A stretch of 64,000 bases of DNA from assembly GCF_037042905.1 (NCBI RefSeq), contig NC_087245.1:37264001-37328000 (forward strand), written 5' to 3'. A program made the position numbers and the translations under genes. Positions 39,426 to 54,077 of the stretch are shown here, piece by piece. Position 1 is the stretch's first letter; the number at the start of each line of letters is the position of its first letter. Below the pieces are notes generated by a model, which saw nothing but the letters and a program-made list of their open reading frames with translations, searched no databases and was not told the DNA's origin. Source of the DNA: Lytechinus pictus (lineage: Eukaryota).

Positions 39426-39821
39426 AGGTAAATGCTAGGTTTGGATAACGATATCAAAATGAGTTCGTACAGAATCCAATGAAATTACCACCAAAGTGTC
39501 TGTTTGTATAAATAAAACGCATGTGCCAAAGGATTCTGGAAGAAATTGTGTAATTGCTGAGAAATCAGCAAATAAGCACAGGATTCGGGTAGAGCGTCGG
39601 GCCCGACGCTCAAAGCAATAATTATACACTGTCCCACGTGCGCTTATCTGTGTTGGGGAAGTTCAGTCTGAACATTTTTCAGCGTAGATTTCAAGATTTC
39701 ACAAAGTTCGGTTTATGTAACTGTACCAGATCTAGATCCTCGATGATATACTGACAATTAAGCCTGGTTTTACAGACTTTCTCATGAAATCAGTGTTTAC
39801 TGCAACTACTGGAATTTCTCT
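39426..39821. mobile_element. Kolobok-like MITE (TTAA TSD)
   Basis: ttaa|aggtaaat ... atttctct|ttaa; homologous to 23198-23591. Confidence 0.9.
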
Positions 39822-40030
39822 TTAAAAGAAGTCCTGTCTGTCCTTGACCAACAGGTTACCTCAGCCTTTACTGATAATCATGACATCGGAAGTCTATTCA
39901 AAATGTCAGAAATGCTACCAATGTGTCCTACATATGACCACCTGTACACATGCCAATATCCTCTTTCAATCAGAAGATGTTTTTTTTTTCTCTTCCAATT
40001 ACCATTCCTTTTTCTACTCTCTGCCACCTG

Positions 40031-40242
40031 GGGATGTTTCACAAAGATTTAAGTATGACTTAAGTCGCACTTAAATGCCGACACATAAATGAAGTGCAAC
40101 GCGCAATCTTATTGATCAATACGCGGTAGTGCGCGTCCTCTTGGCATGATCTGACCAATGTGGTCGTGTCTATCATACCGCGCACAACTAGGCAATTAAG
40201 TGCGACTCTAAGTCATACTTAAATCTTTGTGAAACACCCCCC
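40031..40242. mobile_element. Harbinger-like MITE
   Basis: tgtttcacaaagatttaagtatgactt / aagtcatacttaaatctttgtgaaaca. Confidence 0.88.
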
Positions 40243-40379
40243 CCCCCCGAGAATCCTTATGCATACAATATTTGTCTTTATTTATACTATCATACTATCA
40301 TTAATAACAGTTACAAACTACTCATCATCAACCAGTCAATCAATATACATGCAGGCGTGTGATGATGAGTACATGTAAT

Positions 40380-40703
40380 ATCTCTGTCAACCACACTTCC
40401 TTCTTACATTTCTTCATTATTTCAGCACCAAAGATCTACATACTCTCTTCATTCTGCAGCTGCTCCTTCCTATATCATTCCAAAATTCAGAAAACAGGCC
40501 GGTTTAAACCCTTTTCAATCTCTTGCCCCCCCCCCCCCCATCTTTGGAACAATCTCCCTCCATCTCTTGGAAACCTCTCCTCTTGACCTCTTCAAAAACA
40601 TCTCAAAACACTTACATAACCATAAACCTTGTCTTATGCCATCAACAGCGCTTTGTATCCTCTGGAAACAGCGCTATATAAATCCAATTATTATTATTAT
40701 TAT
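40380..40703 (+). mobile_element. L2-clade LINE 3' remnant
   Basis: Decayed ORF2 C-terminus (FS..PHLWNNLPPSL.. then LDLFK..) followed by the tail agcgcttt..agcgctatataaatccaattattattatt. Confidence 0.75.
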
Positions 40704-42722
40704 ATCTGCCTTGAATTTAGCAAGAGTAAAGGTTTGTAGATGCATTGATTCTGCATTTAGAATGGTAAGTCATGTTCACACAACAGAGTGTTTAGCTTGA
40801 ATTTCAGATACTTTATTTTGATTGAATTTTGGGAGTAGCAGCCATGTTAATACACTATGTTTGGAAAAGTGATGAAGACAGACAAATCGTACATTGACGG
40901 TCGTAAATACAATTTGCTTTCAAAGTTCATACCATGCATTTAAAGCACATAATTTCAAATTCCATTTGCAACATCAAAAAAAAAAAAGTAAGGAACTATG
41001 ATCACACATGCACCCAACAATAAATCTCTATCTCATTTGCATTGCCAATGGCTACGGTGACAACCACCACTCAAACAATTGTTCTTCCCACATTCCCACA
41101 TCCCCTTTATTTTCTTTTATTCTATGAATTTATCCTGTAAATGATCAAGATCGGCAGAATTTGATGAATCGCTACGGATATTTTCAAGTAGGTAGCTTTA
41201 CTTCATACATTCATTGACCTGAATGCATGAACGAAACAAAATGAGAATAAGATAACACAATCTATTATTCCAGACTAATAGTGGATATTTTATTCATCTT
41301 TATATCATGGATATAACACTTACGATTCTCAACTGCCAAGCTGCCTTTCAAAAATGTTGAAAAAAAAATATTAGAAAAGAAAGAGAATTCGACGATGACA
41401 AAATATCTTTTTAGAGCGCTTTTAAGAAATTTGTGGCATGACATAAAACTTGCTATTATTCAATGAAATACCTCTAAGAAAAAGAGTATATAAGCTAATT
41501 ACAAGCTAAAAAGACATTACTGTCAAAAAATTAATTATATTTTGTTGTTGAAATAATATACTACATTCGTGACTAAAGAGATAGGTATATACTCACACTA
41601 AAAGCTCTAGCTACTCGGAAAAATGTCTTAAAAGTGGGGTGCTCATAGCAGAAGAAATATTACTGCACATGATAAAAGCATTTGAATATTTTATCCACGT
41701 TTCCATTTGAAATAAAACCTTGAAAGATTACCCTACCTTTTAAATTGACAAGTTCCATCAGATCTTTATCAAAGTGGGGAAAGGGAATAGACCTTCAATA
41801 AAAACACCCAAACTTTTTGACACAATACACAAGTGGAATGACTGGATAATGCTTAAATGTTAGAGGTCACTAAAACACTTCCAATTCATTCCTCATGCAT
41901 CTTTTCACTTCATATGTTATTCATGAATTCCCTTCGCACCAAAACAGGGAATTTGAAGATTAATGTGCTAAGAAAACACTGAATTTCAACATCGAAACGG
42001 GGGGCAAAAATTGGTCCATTTATTCACTGCCACTGCCGACAATTGATGGGCACGAAAGTCCATCAAAAAAACATTTATTCATCTCAAGTAAATGCCATGC
42101 AACTCTAGTAGGTCAGCGGGTCCGGCAAGTAAACTTTGTAAAATCAGTGATGGTGCGATATGATACCTTCATAAATGCTGGCTCAAAAAGTTAAGGATGT
42201 GTTCATATGGGAGACAAGTTTGAAAACAGGAGAGGAGACAAGTTAAGATCTTATCTCTAAATTGCAGAAAATTATAATTGATCAACTGTAAATAGTAACT
42301 ATTCGAACTTTAGATTCACGTTGAATACATCTTAAATCATTTAATTTCAGACTCTGATACCATCCCTCCCCGACAGTGCTCTCTTCTATAGCCATTTATC
42401 ATCAAATTTAACATACATGTATTCAATCAAATTTCTAGCGTACCTAAGTCATAAGTTGAACATTTTGTCACTACGTCTCAAGACTGCAGAATACGAAATA
42501 CAGGGTTCAAATCTTGATGCAACTCTAATGTCCTTTGCTAAGACATTTACATTTTGATTTACATTTGATTTGCCAAACTCAACTCAGAGGAAGTAAATTC
42601 AGGTGAAGGAATTTAGTTCTTGCTAAAGTTTGATTGAATAATCATGGAGCGACTGGAAAGTCATATCAGACAGAAGTGATTATTATATAAGAACCCATTT
42701 TTATTATTTTGTTCACTCGGAT

Positions 42723-43125
42723 GGAGTTTTCATACTGGAGGCGAAGTGGAGTTACTCCAGAGTAACTCCGGATTGAGTTCATACGCTTGTTTTGCGGACC
42801 GACATTACACCCCCTTTCAAACTGGAAAGCTCCGCAGTGGTGTATCCGCAGTCGTTTCCGTGGTTTCTAAGGGAGTTTGTGCCCCATGTGTGTGGCGCGC
42901 AGAATCTTCTCCATGCAAAAATAAATGAAGTTACACGCGAGATAGGCGATACCGCACTTCCGGTGCAGACTAACTCCGTTTGTAACCCTCTTCTTGAAGT
43001 GGGTTGAGTACTCCGCTTTGAATCCAGATCAAAATAATCCTAGAATTTTCATACTGCCCTCCAAAGTGGAGAAACTCCTTCTGGACTCAGAGTAAATCCA
43101 CTTTGGCTGTCAGTATGAAAGTGGT
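42723..43125. mobile_element. Probable MITE
   Basis: tttcatactg / cagtatgaaa inverted ends; repeated ggag..actcc palindromic motifs. Confidence 0.55.
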
Positions 43126-43998
43126 AAGAGACTATCAGATAGACTTTATACTCTACCAATTAGTAATAATGCTATACGGACTTATCCCACAATTGATTGT
43201 TAATATGACCTCAGTATCTCTATATCACTAACAATACAACAATCATAATTACCACTTCAGAAGGCCATGAAAAGAATGCACGAACAGTAATTAAATTAAA
43301 TTAAATTGACCTTCAAAGATGTACTCAGCAAGAATTAACGATATATTTTAATTTACATTCAGGGTTTTTTTTTTTTTACCTGCAACTTCTCAAGGTGAGA
43401 TCAATTCTTAAATGATAAAGGAGGGCATTTTCCAATGACAAAATATTGCTTCAAATAAACTTCTTTTTTTTTGCGCTTGACTTTTCCTGCACTTTCTCTT
43501 CCCAGAAAAAAGGCACGCCACACACTGTTGCTATGTGGATATTTCTAGATCCCTACTAAAGCAGAAATGTTACTTCGCCAACCCAAAAGTTGGTTAAAAT
43601 ATGATCTGAAAAACTATTAATTAAAAAAAAATCACAATTAATTTTGCATGCAATTTGGTTTGAACTGACATTCAGTAGATTCATATTTTGATACTTATAT
43701 CCGTTGATTAAAAAACTTCTGAGCAAGTATAGAGACTTTCGGATACCTGCATAGAGCAATTAATGTGCTTGAGTAGACAGGCTAGAATTTCAAAAAGTCA
43801 TTGAATAACCAATGATGCCAGACAGAATTTCATTGCTGACCATACCATGTTTCAAAAAAATATTTCTAAAAGCGCACAAAAAGAGTTAAGGGCATATGGG
43901 ATAGTACGGGAATGGGGAAGATTGTTGATTGCTCTCTGAGGGGGTTTATATTACACGGCCTGGTTCACAGGGGGGTGGGGGGAGGGGGGTCACAGTTA

Positions 43999-44462
43999 GA
44001 CACCGTTCTCACTACCTTCCTGAAACTAGTTTACTAGAAACTAGTATTGTGGAAACTAGTTTAACGTGTAAGGAGAAGGATCGAATCGATCTTGGAAGCG
44101 AACTTCCAAACCGGTTCAGAAAATCACCTTGCGATGTAGTTTTCAAGATCGCTTTGCCTCGTTAAGCTGGTTTTAGCGTAAGTGAGGACAACGGTTCTTC
44201 GGGAAGCGATCTTCACACATTTTGAGCGCGCTACTCCACATACTGTGTGCAGAATGCCTACGTTGCAGTTTTTCAAATTTCATGCGAAACGTATCATCCG
44301 ACTGAGAGTGTTCCCATAGCAACAAGATCGCTTTATGTGAAGTGATTTTGAAAACCACTTTCGGGTGACTAAATGGGAATGCTAGCAAAGCGATCTTCCA
44401 AACTGGTTTCCCGAACCGGTTTCCAGTAAACTAGTTTCAGAAAGTATAATGAGAACGGTGTC
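43999..44462. mobile_element. ~450-bp MITE (TIR gacaccgttctca), copy 2
   Basis: Perfect TIR; flanks tta / taa. Confidence 0.9.
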
Positions 44463-45473
44463 TAAGATATAATCTACCCCCTTAGGTCTAATTCTCATTC
44501 AGAACAAAATAATCAGGTCATTAATGGTCCCCTGAATGAATTTATTGTCTAATAACCTAGTTTGGAGAAGACCCTGAATTCCCATTATGGTAATTACTTT
44601 ATGACTTTGGAAAAAAAAAAACCATATGAAATGAAAAAAGAAGTAGCTTGATGTTACTTTTAAAAAATGGAAATAAGTGAAACTAAAAAACACTAATAAA
44701 GAAATAATTTAAATAAATACAGCAGAGGATGAAGCACTTGGAATAAAACAACAGTCAATAAAGGGGGGGTGCAAGAAATTGAAGCTAGACTGGTGAGGGA
44801 AGGGGGTATGGGGATAAGGTATTAAACTATGAAAAATGTTCTGAACTTTGAAAAGCAGTTATAAAAAAAATTTGAAAATAAGTACAATGTGTTCCACTTC
44901 ATGAAAATGTGACAACTACAAAACAAGTATTAACTAAATGAACGCATTGCAAATTTTCAAAAAAATATATAGAAAAGGGGGAATTGGTAGAAGAGGATTC
45001 AGTGTCCCTTGCAAATGGTGTACACATCTTAATCTGATTTTACTTCTTAAAACATGCAATTTGGGAGACGGGCTGGTAGCCAAATTGGACCACTGCCCTC
45101 GTTGAGAGGAAAATTGGATACATCTCCTGCGATTTCGGGCCTGCCTTGGATGAAATCAAGACCAATGTATTCATGAAACTCCAAAGCAAGGTAAATGCAA
45201 TTACATTAAGGTGAGATGGGATGTTCAGATAGACTGATTAAAGACCCCCCATGCACACTATATCCCTGGATTCCATGGAAATAAATCTAAATCCATGCCA
45301 TAGGTCATTCTCATTAGTACATCACCGGTAGAGCAGTTAACTACACACTGTAGAACAAGAAGGAGAAAATGCTAGGAAAAAGCTGTAAAAACCCTGTTTA
45401 AAATTTTAAGCATGTTGTCTAAGCCCATCACTCTAACAACTATATTGTTTAAACTTTTTAAACAACTGTTTAA

Positions 45474-46076
45474 AGGACAAGTCCACCCCATCAAAAACTT
45501 GATTTGAATAAAAAGAGAAAAATTCAACAAGCATAACACTGAAAATTTCATCAAAATCTGATGTAAAACAAGAAAGTTATGACATTTTAAAGTTTCGCTT
45601 CATTTCACAAAACAGTTATATGCACATCTCGGTCGGTATGCAAATGAGCGAACTGATGACATCACTCACTCACTATTTCATTTGTATTTTATTATATGAA
45701 ATATGGAATATTTTTATATTCTTGTCATTGTCATGTGAAATGAAGTTTCATTCCTCCCTGAACACGTGGAATTCCATTATTTTAACATTTTGTGCTTCAG
45801 GCAAGGACGTCCTAATCATCAAATTCGTCAAAATTGAAATATTGTATAATTCAAACAATAAAAAACAAAAGAAATAGTGAGTGAGTGACATCATCGACTC
45901 TCTCATTTGGATGTAACTGGCTCGTTCATATAACTATTTTGTTAAAAATAAGCAAAACTTCGAAATGTCATAACTTTCTTATTTTACATCCGATTTTGAT
46001 GAAATTTTCAGCATTGTGCTTGTCTGATTTTTCTCTATTGATTCAAATCAACATTTTTCTGAGGTGGACTTGACCT
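45474..46076. mobile_element. Kolobok-like MITE (TTAA TSD)
   Basis: ttaa|aggacaagtccacc ... ggtggacttgacct|ttaa; long inverted arms. Confidence 0.92.
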
Positions 46077-47089
46077 TTAAACTTGCTAGACAATTTGGTC
46101 ATTCTTTTAGTGTGTGGAATTTACAGTGGAGCAATTGTCGCCGGAGCAAATTTCATGGAACCACTTAAAAGTTACTGTTACAGTCTCTTTGTAATCCAAT
46201 AGCAAATTCCAGGGAATCACTGATTCTGATTGGCTGTTGAGCACTGCTACCGTGGTAGTTACCATTGGGTGACAAAGATAACGCAATTACAATTTTTATG
46301 TATCGGGGGCCCCAGACAAATTGAATCTCAATTTGGATGTTTATATTTAAATTCAATGTGGAAAGTGACTTTTGTACATGAAGTCCATGTACGTGAAGCC
46401 CCCCCCCCCCCCTCATCAAACATATATAACAGCTAATCCAGGGACATCAGATACATTAAAATATCTCCAAAAGAGACCAATGTCATACATACAATTTGCA
46501 AGTTTTAAGACATATGTACATTGCGTCAACAAGGCTATATAGACCTACTTAAACAGAGCAGATGTTCATATCATTGCATCCAATAAATCATGTCTGATCC
46601 TATTTTCAAGCAATGAAACGTGTATAAGGCCAGAGAAGGCTCGCAGATGTCCGGGATATATTCATAATCCTAACATGATATATGTAGTATGGAAGGATGT
46701 ACTTTAATGTTTCCTTGGCCCAAGTTACACAATGCTTAGTCTTTGATCAGACGGTTTATTTGTAAATTGATCTCTGTGTGCAATCAAGCATAAAAATCAA
46801 CTGTATAATCAATTAATAAGCTTTGTGTTACCACGCCTTGTCTGTATATCTAAGGTAGATATGAAAATATATTGAAGAAAAAATGAAGAAATTAGGGGAA
46901 AAAAATATGACAAAATGGGAATGCAACATTGTTTTTCTGCAAAGCTTTGGGATAAGATCCCTTGCTGATGAAATAATTATGGGATAGCTTTCCCAAAGAT
47001 ATCAAAAATTAAATTGAAATTGGTTCCTTCAGTGATCATACTTTGATATTTCGTTTTATTTCTATCCCCTCCTGTAGCCATACTTTTCT

Positions 47090-47260
47090 CTCCATCAACA
47101 TCATCAAAATCACCATAATCATCATCATCATCATCATCACCATCATCATCATCACCATCAACATCACCATTATCATCATCATCATCATCACCATCATCAT
47201 CACCATCATCCCCACCATCATAATCATCATCATCATCATCCTATTCCTCATTGTCATCAC
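47090..47260. repeat. (ATC/ACC)n imperfect microsatellite
   Basis: Seen directly; explains the poly-I and poly-M ORFs. Confidence 0.95.
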
Positions 47261-47961
47261 AGTTGTCAGTTCATCACCCAGCTAATCTACAGCATTATGC
47301 TTCTCTACTCTTTAAAATCAGGTGATGGAGTGATAATTTCAAAGAACAGAGATAACTGTTAAATGTATATATCTAACTTCTGAAGATTACGAATCAACAG
47401 AAATCTGTCAACCTCTTTTTTTTTTTACTGAAAGTGAAATAGCATCCTGTCATTGGAGATCATAAAAAAACTCCTATCTTTATAAATGTTTCCTCTACCT
47501 TACCTTTCAAATAAGGCCAGGTAATCAACTTTTATTGTGAAATCTCAAGAAATACTCAATCAATTAAAATGTTACAAAATGCTGCCACTTGGCGGGAGGA
47601 GATGATCGTGAGAGTAATTATGGTACAGGACAAACAGATGAGAGTGAAAAAAAAATTATCTATTGATATCTCTCATGCAGAATATATTTCTAGATCATGA
47701 GACTTTGCTTTGAGAAGATGAAGGGCATTACTTCTATGTAAAATGATATGATTTTACGCCCTTCTGGCTCTGAGAAGCTCAGTGTATGACTGACTTTTGA
47801 GGGCAATGAGACAAGGATCGAGATCAAGAGAGCACCTTTTAGCGCCCTTCCAGGTATCACTACTTCTAGACATGACAGTGTGATAAAACCAGGGCAAGGG
47901 ATCGTTAAAGGAAACATCGGCTTTTCATAAAAGTCCTGTGAACTGTATCTAATAATTCTCA

Positions 47962-48265
47962 CAATAATAATGATAATAATTGGATTTGCTTATAAAGTGC
48001 TGATAAAATTTAGTTTATCAGATGTCTCAAAGTGCTCGACAGAAATGCAACATGATTACCCTGGCTTTAGCCGAGCTACTTTACACGAAACTTGCTTTTC
48101 AAGGAATAAATTCCTGCCAGGTTCCCATGTACCTCACCTGGGTTGAGTGCAGCAAAATGTCAATTAATTTCTTGCTGAAGGACAATAAGACCGTGGCTGG
48201 GAATTGAACCCAAGACCCTATGTTTCAAAGTCTGAAGACTAATCCACTGGGCCACAATGCTCCAT
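47962..48265 (-). mobile_element. tRNA-derived SINE family 1, full length
   Basis: Reverse A/B boxes (gggaattgaaccc), central cctgggttgagtgcagca block, (AAT)n tail. Confidence 0.85.
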
Positions 48266-51200
48266 ATTTGTATTGTTGAATTATTAAAATAGCTCCAAAA
48301 AACCAATGCTAATAATGGAGTATAAATGTTGACTGGTTGACTATTGAATTTCTATAGGTTTCTTGTACAGTGAACATCTAGTTCTAGAAGGCGAAGTGCT
48401 TACTTCTAAAGTTCGTAGAAAATCTGATATTTTTGCAAAACCTCAAAGAAATTCACAGATTGAAGTATTTGAAGAGGAAATTCACCATGATTCACATGAG
48501 AGCTCCTGAATACATAATGTAATATAAATTCTGTAAATCTACATTTTTCATGCAACATTGTGAATTAAAAATCTTTCTTATAGAAGAAACCATAGAATAG
48601 AGTGCCTGAAGATATAGGCCTATCTCCCACACAGAAAAAAAAAAAACTTTCAATATTTGAGGAAATTGCATTACAATAAATCTTTATCACATGACCTATC
48701 ACAAATACAACTTTCAAAATGCATACCTCTGTTATCCTTTCATGGATTTTCATCAAACCTTCACCAATAATTTCCTCTATTTTTTCTGCCTTTCCTCATA
48801 TCAACCTACTGTAAGGGTAAAATTCCCTTAAAGGTGTATGCAAAGTAAACACCATCGTATCATATCTTGACCCATTAAGAACATCATACAAGAAGGAAAT
48901 ATCTATGTCAAGTAGTTGGAGCGCCTCGGGCTTCGAACTATATCAATGATGATTGGAGGACAAAGAGGCGGAATATGAATCAATCAACCATCAGTCAAAT
49001 TCTGACTCTTCTATTTTGTTGAAAACGGAGCAAGGAGGTGAGCGGAGGCACAAGACAATCAGCTCTAATAAGAAGAAATGTAGCTGCTAATATTCATATT
49101 GATAAAAGATCATTTTCATTGTGGAGATATCTAATTAAGTCATCTAACACCTTGGGTGTGACAATAGGTTATAAGCAAACTACTTTATTTGGAACTTTCC
49201 TTGCAGGGATTCCTGACACAGTCTCTTGCAAACAATTATCTCTTCATATCTTTACCTCAAATAGCTTATTTTCGCAACCATTGCAATGTGGATAAAAAAA
49301 GAGAAGTTTAGGACACCACAAGTTTTAAACAAGTTTAAATCATTATGCCACCTTTTCTCTGTCAAAAAAGATAAGGATCATAGTTTTTTAAATAAGTTTT
49401 ATATCAATATGATCAAAAACAATACAAAAATCCTCCACTCAATTCCGAAGGGTTTAAGAGTGGGTCAACGGTAAAAGGGTAAAATCTTAAGTCACATAAA
49501 GTTGATACAACACATAGAATACTGATAAGTGCAAAAAATACATAATATTTGAAAGAAATAAAGAAAGTCTAATTCATAATGACATTAAATGAACCTTTGC
49601 ATACATTTTTGCCACCTTTGATATACAGGAGCTGCCTAAATAGCCTATTCTAATGCCATATCATATATATACGGCTGTCGTAACGGGGTACTAAAAGCAG
49701 TTTTAAGGAGAAAAGACAGTAATTGATGCAATTTTCTCAAACAGTCTAAAAAAACACAACAGCTACAGGGGTAAGTAAGCTAAGCATAAACATTATTGAC
49801 AAGGAAATGAAAATAGATAGCATTTTTTACATCCAAGCTCTTTATAAATCACATTTCTTTCTTTTCTACATTCAGGACAACCTGCTTTGGTCATATAAGA
49901 ATTTGAAGCCATTTTTTGACACATTTTTTTTATAAATACATCAGAAGAATTTTTTTGAGATACAAAGACTACAAAGTCATTTTTATTGCACCCGTATAAT
50001 ACATTTTCTTTTTCAAAATATCATCCATTCATTTCAAAATTTAATCCACCCAAACATCGTAAACAAAATTAACAAGTGTTATTTACATTTGCAAATTAAA
50101 ATTGATTTTCCTCTAAAAAATAGGTAATCTGGATATCACCTGTTATTTGTGCATGAAAATGAGAATGTAATGTTCTACGTGGGATGTTATGCAAGTTCAT
50201 ACAAACAAAAGTATTTCCTCTAAACTTTTGTACATAGAACAAAGTACAAAGATACATAAATATTTTCAAATTGAATAAAATCTTATTATTCTATATTGAA
50301 CAGAAGTACAGTAGCATGACCATTGGAATGGATCAAGGGGATAAACATTATCAAAATTTAAAAAAGAATAATTGTCTAATGGAATTTGATCAGTGTATTT
50401 TCATTTGTATTAAATAGTGATTTTAATTAATCAACAGAACTCAGATTTAAATGACATTTACAGCCACTTGTGATTTAAATCTCTGGAGACTTGTGATTTT
50501 TTTCCACCTTTAAAGAAAATTTGCCCTAAACTGATGCTAAGACACTGACTTTGTTGCAGAAAAAAAATTAGAAGAAAGACTTCTTAAAGATTTGCTGAAT
50601 CTACGAACCAGATGCTTATGATGTAGAACAAGACAGATGAGTTCTAATAAGCTGGGAGCAAAAGGTTACAGATCCCACATGGAGTTAACACCTTTCTACT
50701 TTTGAGTAAAAGTAATGAGAGAATGTACTGTCTGAAATGAAGAAAAGTTAGTATTTTTGTTTCTCTCACAGATAGGTCATCTGAAACTTTAATTTCATGA
50801 TGGAAAGTGTTGCACCATTCAACTATGCTGGAAATGACCTCAAAGAAATATTGCTATATTTTGTTTAGATATATTTCTCTTTGTGACATGTCATGGTACA
50901 CTGAAACTTATTCCGATGTCAGTGTGTATCATCACGGGTCATACAATTAAAAACTTTCCTTCGTTTATGTTACTGCAAATATTTTCTTCATCACTTAACT
51001 TCCTGTTTGCTTGATTATACAATGTTCCAAAACCTTATTTAAGCTATTCTTATTCAAATTTGGAATATTCACAAGAATAATAATTTTCAAATGAATTTCA
51101 TTTTAAATTATGAAGCTATTTTCCTGTAAGGAATTTTTTTTTTCAGACATCTTGCATGCATTGCCACTGCCATTCGAAACATTATCACAAGCAAAGAATA

Positions 51201-53087
51201 GGCCACAGGAAGCTCATGGATGAACTAATGAAGTTAATATTTTGGAATTTCATGAATCTCGGAGAAGCTAAGGGGTGGGGCAGGATATTCATCAGATTTT
51301 GTTGGGCAAATGCTGATTGCGGTAGCTGTGTTATTTGTTTGTTTTGTGTTTTTTTTAACTATTGAGTTAAATGCTTAACTTGATTTTAGAATAGGAGTAG
51401 GTACATTGAGATGAAAGGATGGCCTAGCCTAAATGTTGATGGGGGCGGGGGGACTGAGAAGGTTTTTGCAAAAAAAAAAACTCTGTTTCTTTTTTTTTTA
51501 TTGAATGGGATTTCTCAAAACAGGATAGAAAGTGGGTTACCACAGACCTTAACCCCTCCTAGGCCTAAAGGTCATGCAATGAATGACCATTCCACCTAAC
51601 AATTAACCGATACCCTGCGACACATAAAGCACATTCTTATCTTTCAGCATAAAAGACGAAGCCCTTTCGACAAACTTAAACAAGGTGTAACCTATCTGCG
51701 AGTAACATCCTCAAGACATCGCGTTAGTCTTGGATGACCAATTGTGCCTTAGAGCGATGCACGGGGTAGCCAAGTATCGTGAACGAAACAAAAGACGTGG
51801 AAAAACAAGGAGTACCCCGTTCCGGGGGAAGGCACTAATTGTCTACCTCTCTACGTCCAATTCAATAAGCCCGACGCCAGGATGAAACCCAAATCCTTCC
51901 CAAAACCAACAACATTCGGGGAAAGGGTAATTTTCTTCGTGAATAGAGCGACTAATGCTTTATTGGAATGCATATCTTTTAATTCTTACAGAAGTAATGA
52001 ATGCTATACAGCAGAAAATTGGATAGCTTTACCAATACAATACCTGTTGCATAAATTCATACGACTGATAATAAAATGAAAACCCCACACTATTGTGTTT
52101 GTCAAGAGACTGAAATCCGATGCAGATATGAATGTATCATTCATCTCTTCACCCTTTGACTACCAAATTCTGTCAATTCCTATAGACTTTGGATGCAGAC
52201 CAACTCTTCCCCATAGTAAAGTGGTTAAGAGAAATTTGAACAAAAGGATATATTCTACACTATCACAGATATAACAAAGGACATTCAGCGAAGCTGCTTG
52301 TTTATGAATCTGACTTAATCTCTCTATTACGTTCTCTTAGTAATAAAGAACACTGTCTGATTTTTAGCTTACCAGGGGCATAATTGAAGTGGTTATTGTA
52401 TAATTGTATAGCATTTAATAACTGAAATTGAAATAAGTTTACTAGGCTTACATCAAGACACACTTGTCCATTTAAGTTTCATTCAGGGTCTGTGCCCGCA
52501 GACTGCTCTCTCTCTCTCTCTCATTTCAGCTTTCGTGAAAAAATATGGAAAGCAGCTTCATCAAAAGCCAAATTGTAAGCATAAAATCAACATTCTTATC
52601 AATAGAATATATGATTTCTCATTTGCATACAACCCCAAACTTTTATAGCATAAAAGTGTGAATGCAAAGTTTGGAGGTGATGTTGGATTAAGCCCCCAAG
52701 GAAAGGTTTCATGAACCATTTTTATCGACAAATACACTCTCAGCCAATAGAATTCAAGGATTTCAGTAGCTTTTAACAGTTGCCAGTCAAACTCATAGAC
52801 AAATTACTTCATGCAACTCCCTCCTAGTGTGGCAACCGCTCATTCTCATCTTTGTTTATCTACAAGGGTATGTCAAACATCATCAGTGTTAGCTTCTTGC
52901 CTGATGAACGAAGGTAAGGTTACATTGATATAACCTCTGACCTCTACGAATGCCTCAAGCATGCCCTGAAGGAAACCCAGTTCACGGACTCTCGATATTC
53001 GTATAGTCTCATCTGCTCCAAAACCGATGGAAACGGGGTAAACACTTTTCAACAACTGCCACCTGTGTTTACAAGCAATGAACATGT

Positions 53088-53355
53088 GATGGCCTCGTGG
53101 TTACGACTCTCGTCTTTCAATCTGAGGGACGTGGGTTCAATTCCAAGCCATGGCGTGTTTTCCTTCAGCAAGAAATTCATCCACATTGCGCTGCACTCGA
53201 CCCAGGTGAGGCGAATGGGGACCTGGCAGGAATTTATTCCTTGAAATGCAGAGCACGTAACAGCTGCTTTGCCAAAGCCAGGATAACACTGTAGAGTGCT
53301 TGGAGACTTATTATAAACTAAGTGTTTAGCGCTATAAAAGCAAATACAATTATTT
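53088..53355 (+). mobile_element. tRNA-derived SINE family 1, full length
   Basis: tggcctcgtggtt A box, gggttcaattcc B box, gctgcactcgacccaggtga core, agcgctataaa tail. Confidence 0.85.
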
Positions 53356-53816
53356 TACATACTTATCATTTCTCGAGCAAGGTTGTATATGATTTCATTT
53401 CTCATAAACTTGCAAGTGCAACAGATCTATACTTAAGTTTCTGGAATCTTACTAATGCTGTTGTAAAGATAAGGATCTGAGAATGATCTAAACAATAATA
53501 TTTGAAAGTTTGGATTTCACATCCGGAAGGTGTAATTGTTGAGCCAGGTGCAGCCAAAAATGAGGGGAACGTATACTTTCATTGTGTCAAGCTGAAAAAC
53601 AAGGCCGGTGAAAGTTGAAAAGGTATTCTCAACTATTTTTCATTTTTAAAAATAATATTTCATGCTCCGGTTTCATTTCATCATTGATTTTTAAGTCATA
53701 TGAGTCAAGCTCCAAGGCTTCTCTTTCGTATTTTTTCACTCGAGACGGTAAACTTGCAAGCTTATGTAATTTCACCTCATCTTTTTCTTCATCATGTTTA
53801 CACGTGCACTTTAAAA

Positions 53817-54077
53817 ATGAAAATTAATATTTTATTGTTCGAAATAGACATGAAAATAAAATACTCCGAAGATTTGCTTTGCCCAATTGATCGTGGGCCC
53901 GGCAGCCGCTGTGCAGCCCCAGATCTACGAGGCTCTATCCCTTTAATCGTTGAACGCCAAACAGGGTAGCAGCAACTCCCATCTTTTGACGTCTTTTGGT
54001 CTGACGCGGCCGGGGTTTGAACCCCCGACCTCCCGGTTGTGAGACGGACGCTCCACCAACCGAGCCAACACACCGGT
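53817..54077 (-). mobile_element. tRNA-derived SINE family 2 (central region resembles the Meta domain)
   Basis: Minus strand: tggctcggttgg A box, ggttcaaacccc B box, then gtcagaccaaaagacgtcaaaagatgggagttgctgct.., and an aataaa/AT-rich tail. The domain name is from recall and needs an alignment. Confidence 0.8.

Noticed and set aside
47036..47285. Poly-Met and poly-Ile ORFs
   Set aside because: Translation artefacts of an (ATC)n microsatellite.
53990..54077. tRNA gene-like sequences (also ~57620-57794, ~53088-53150, ~4500-4573)
   Set aside because: Each runs directly into a SINE body and tail, and I could not identify a proper acceptor stem; these are SINE heads, not tRNA genes.
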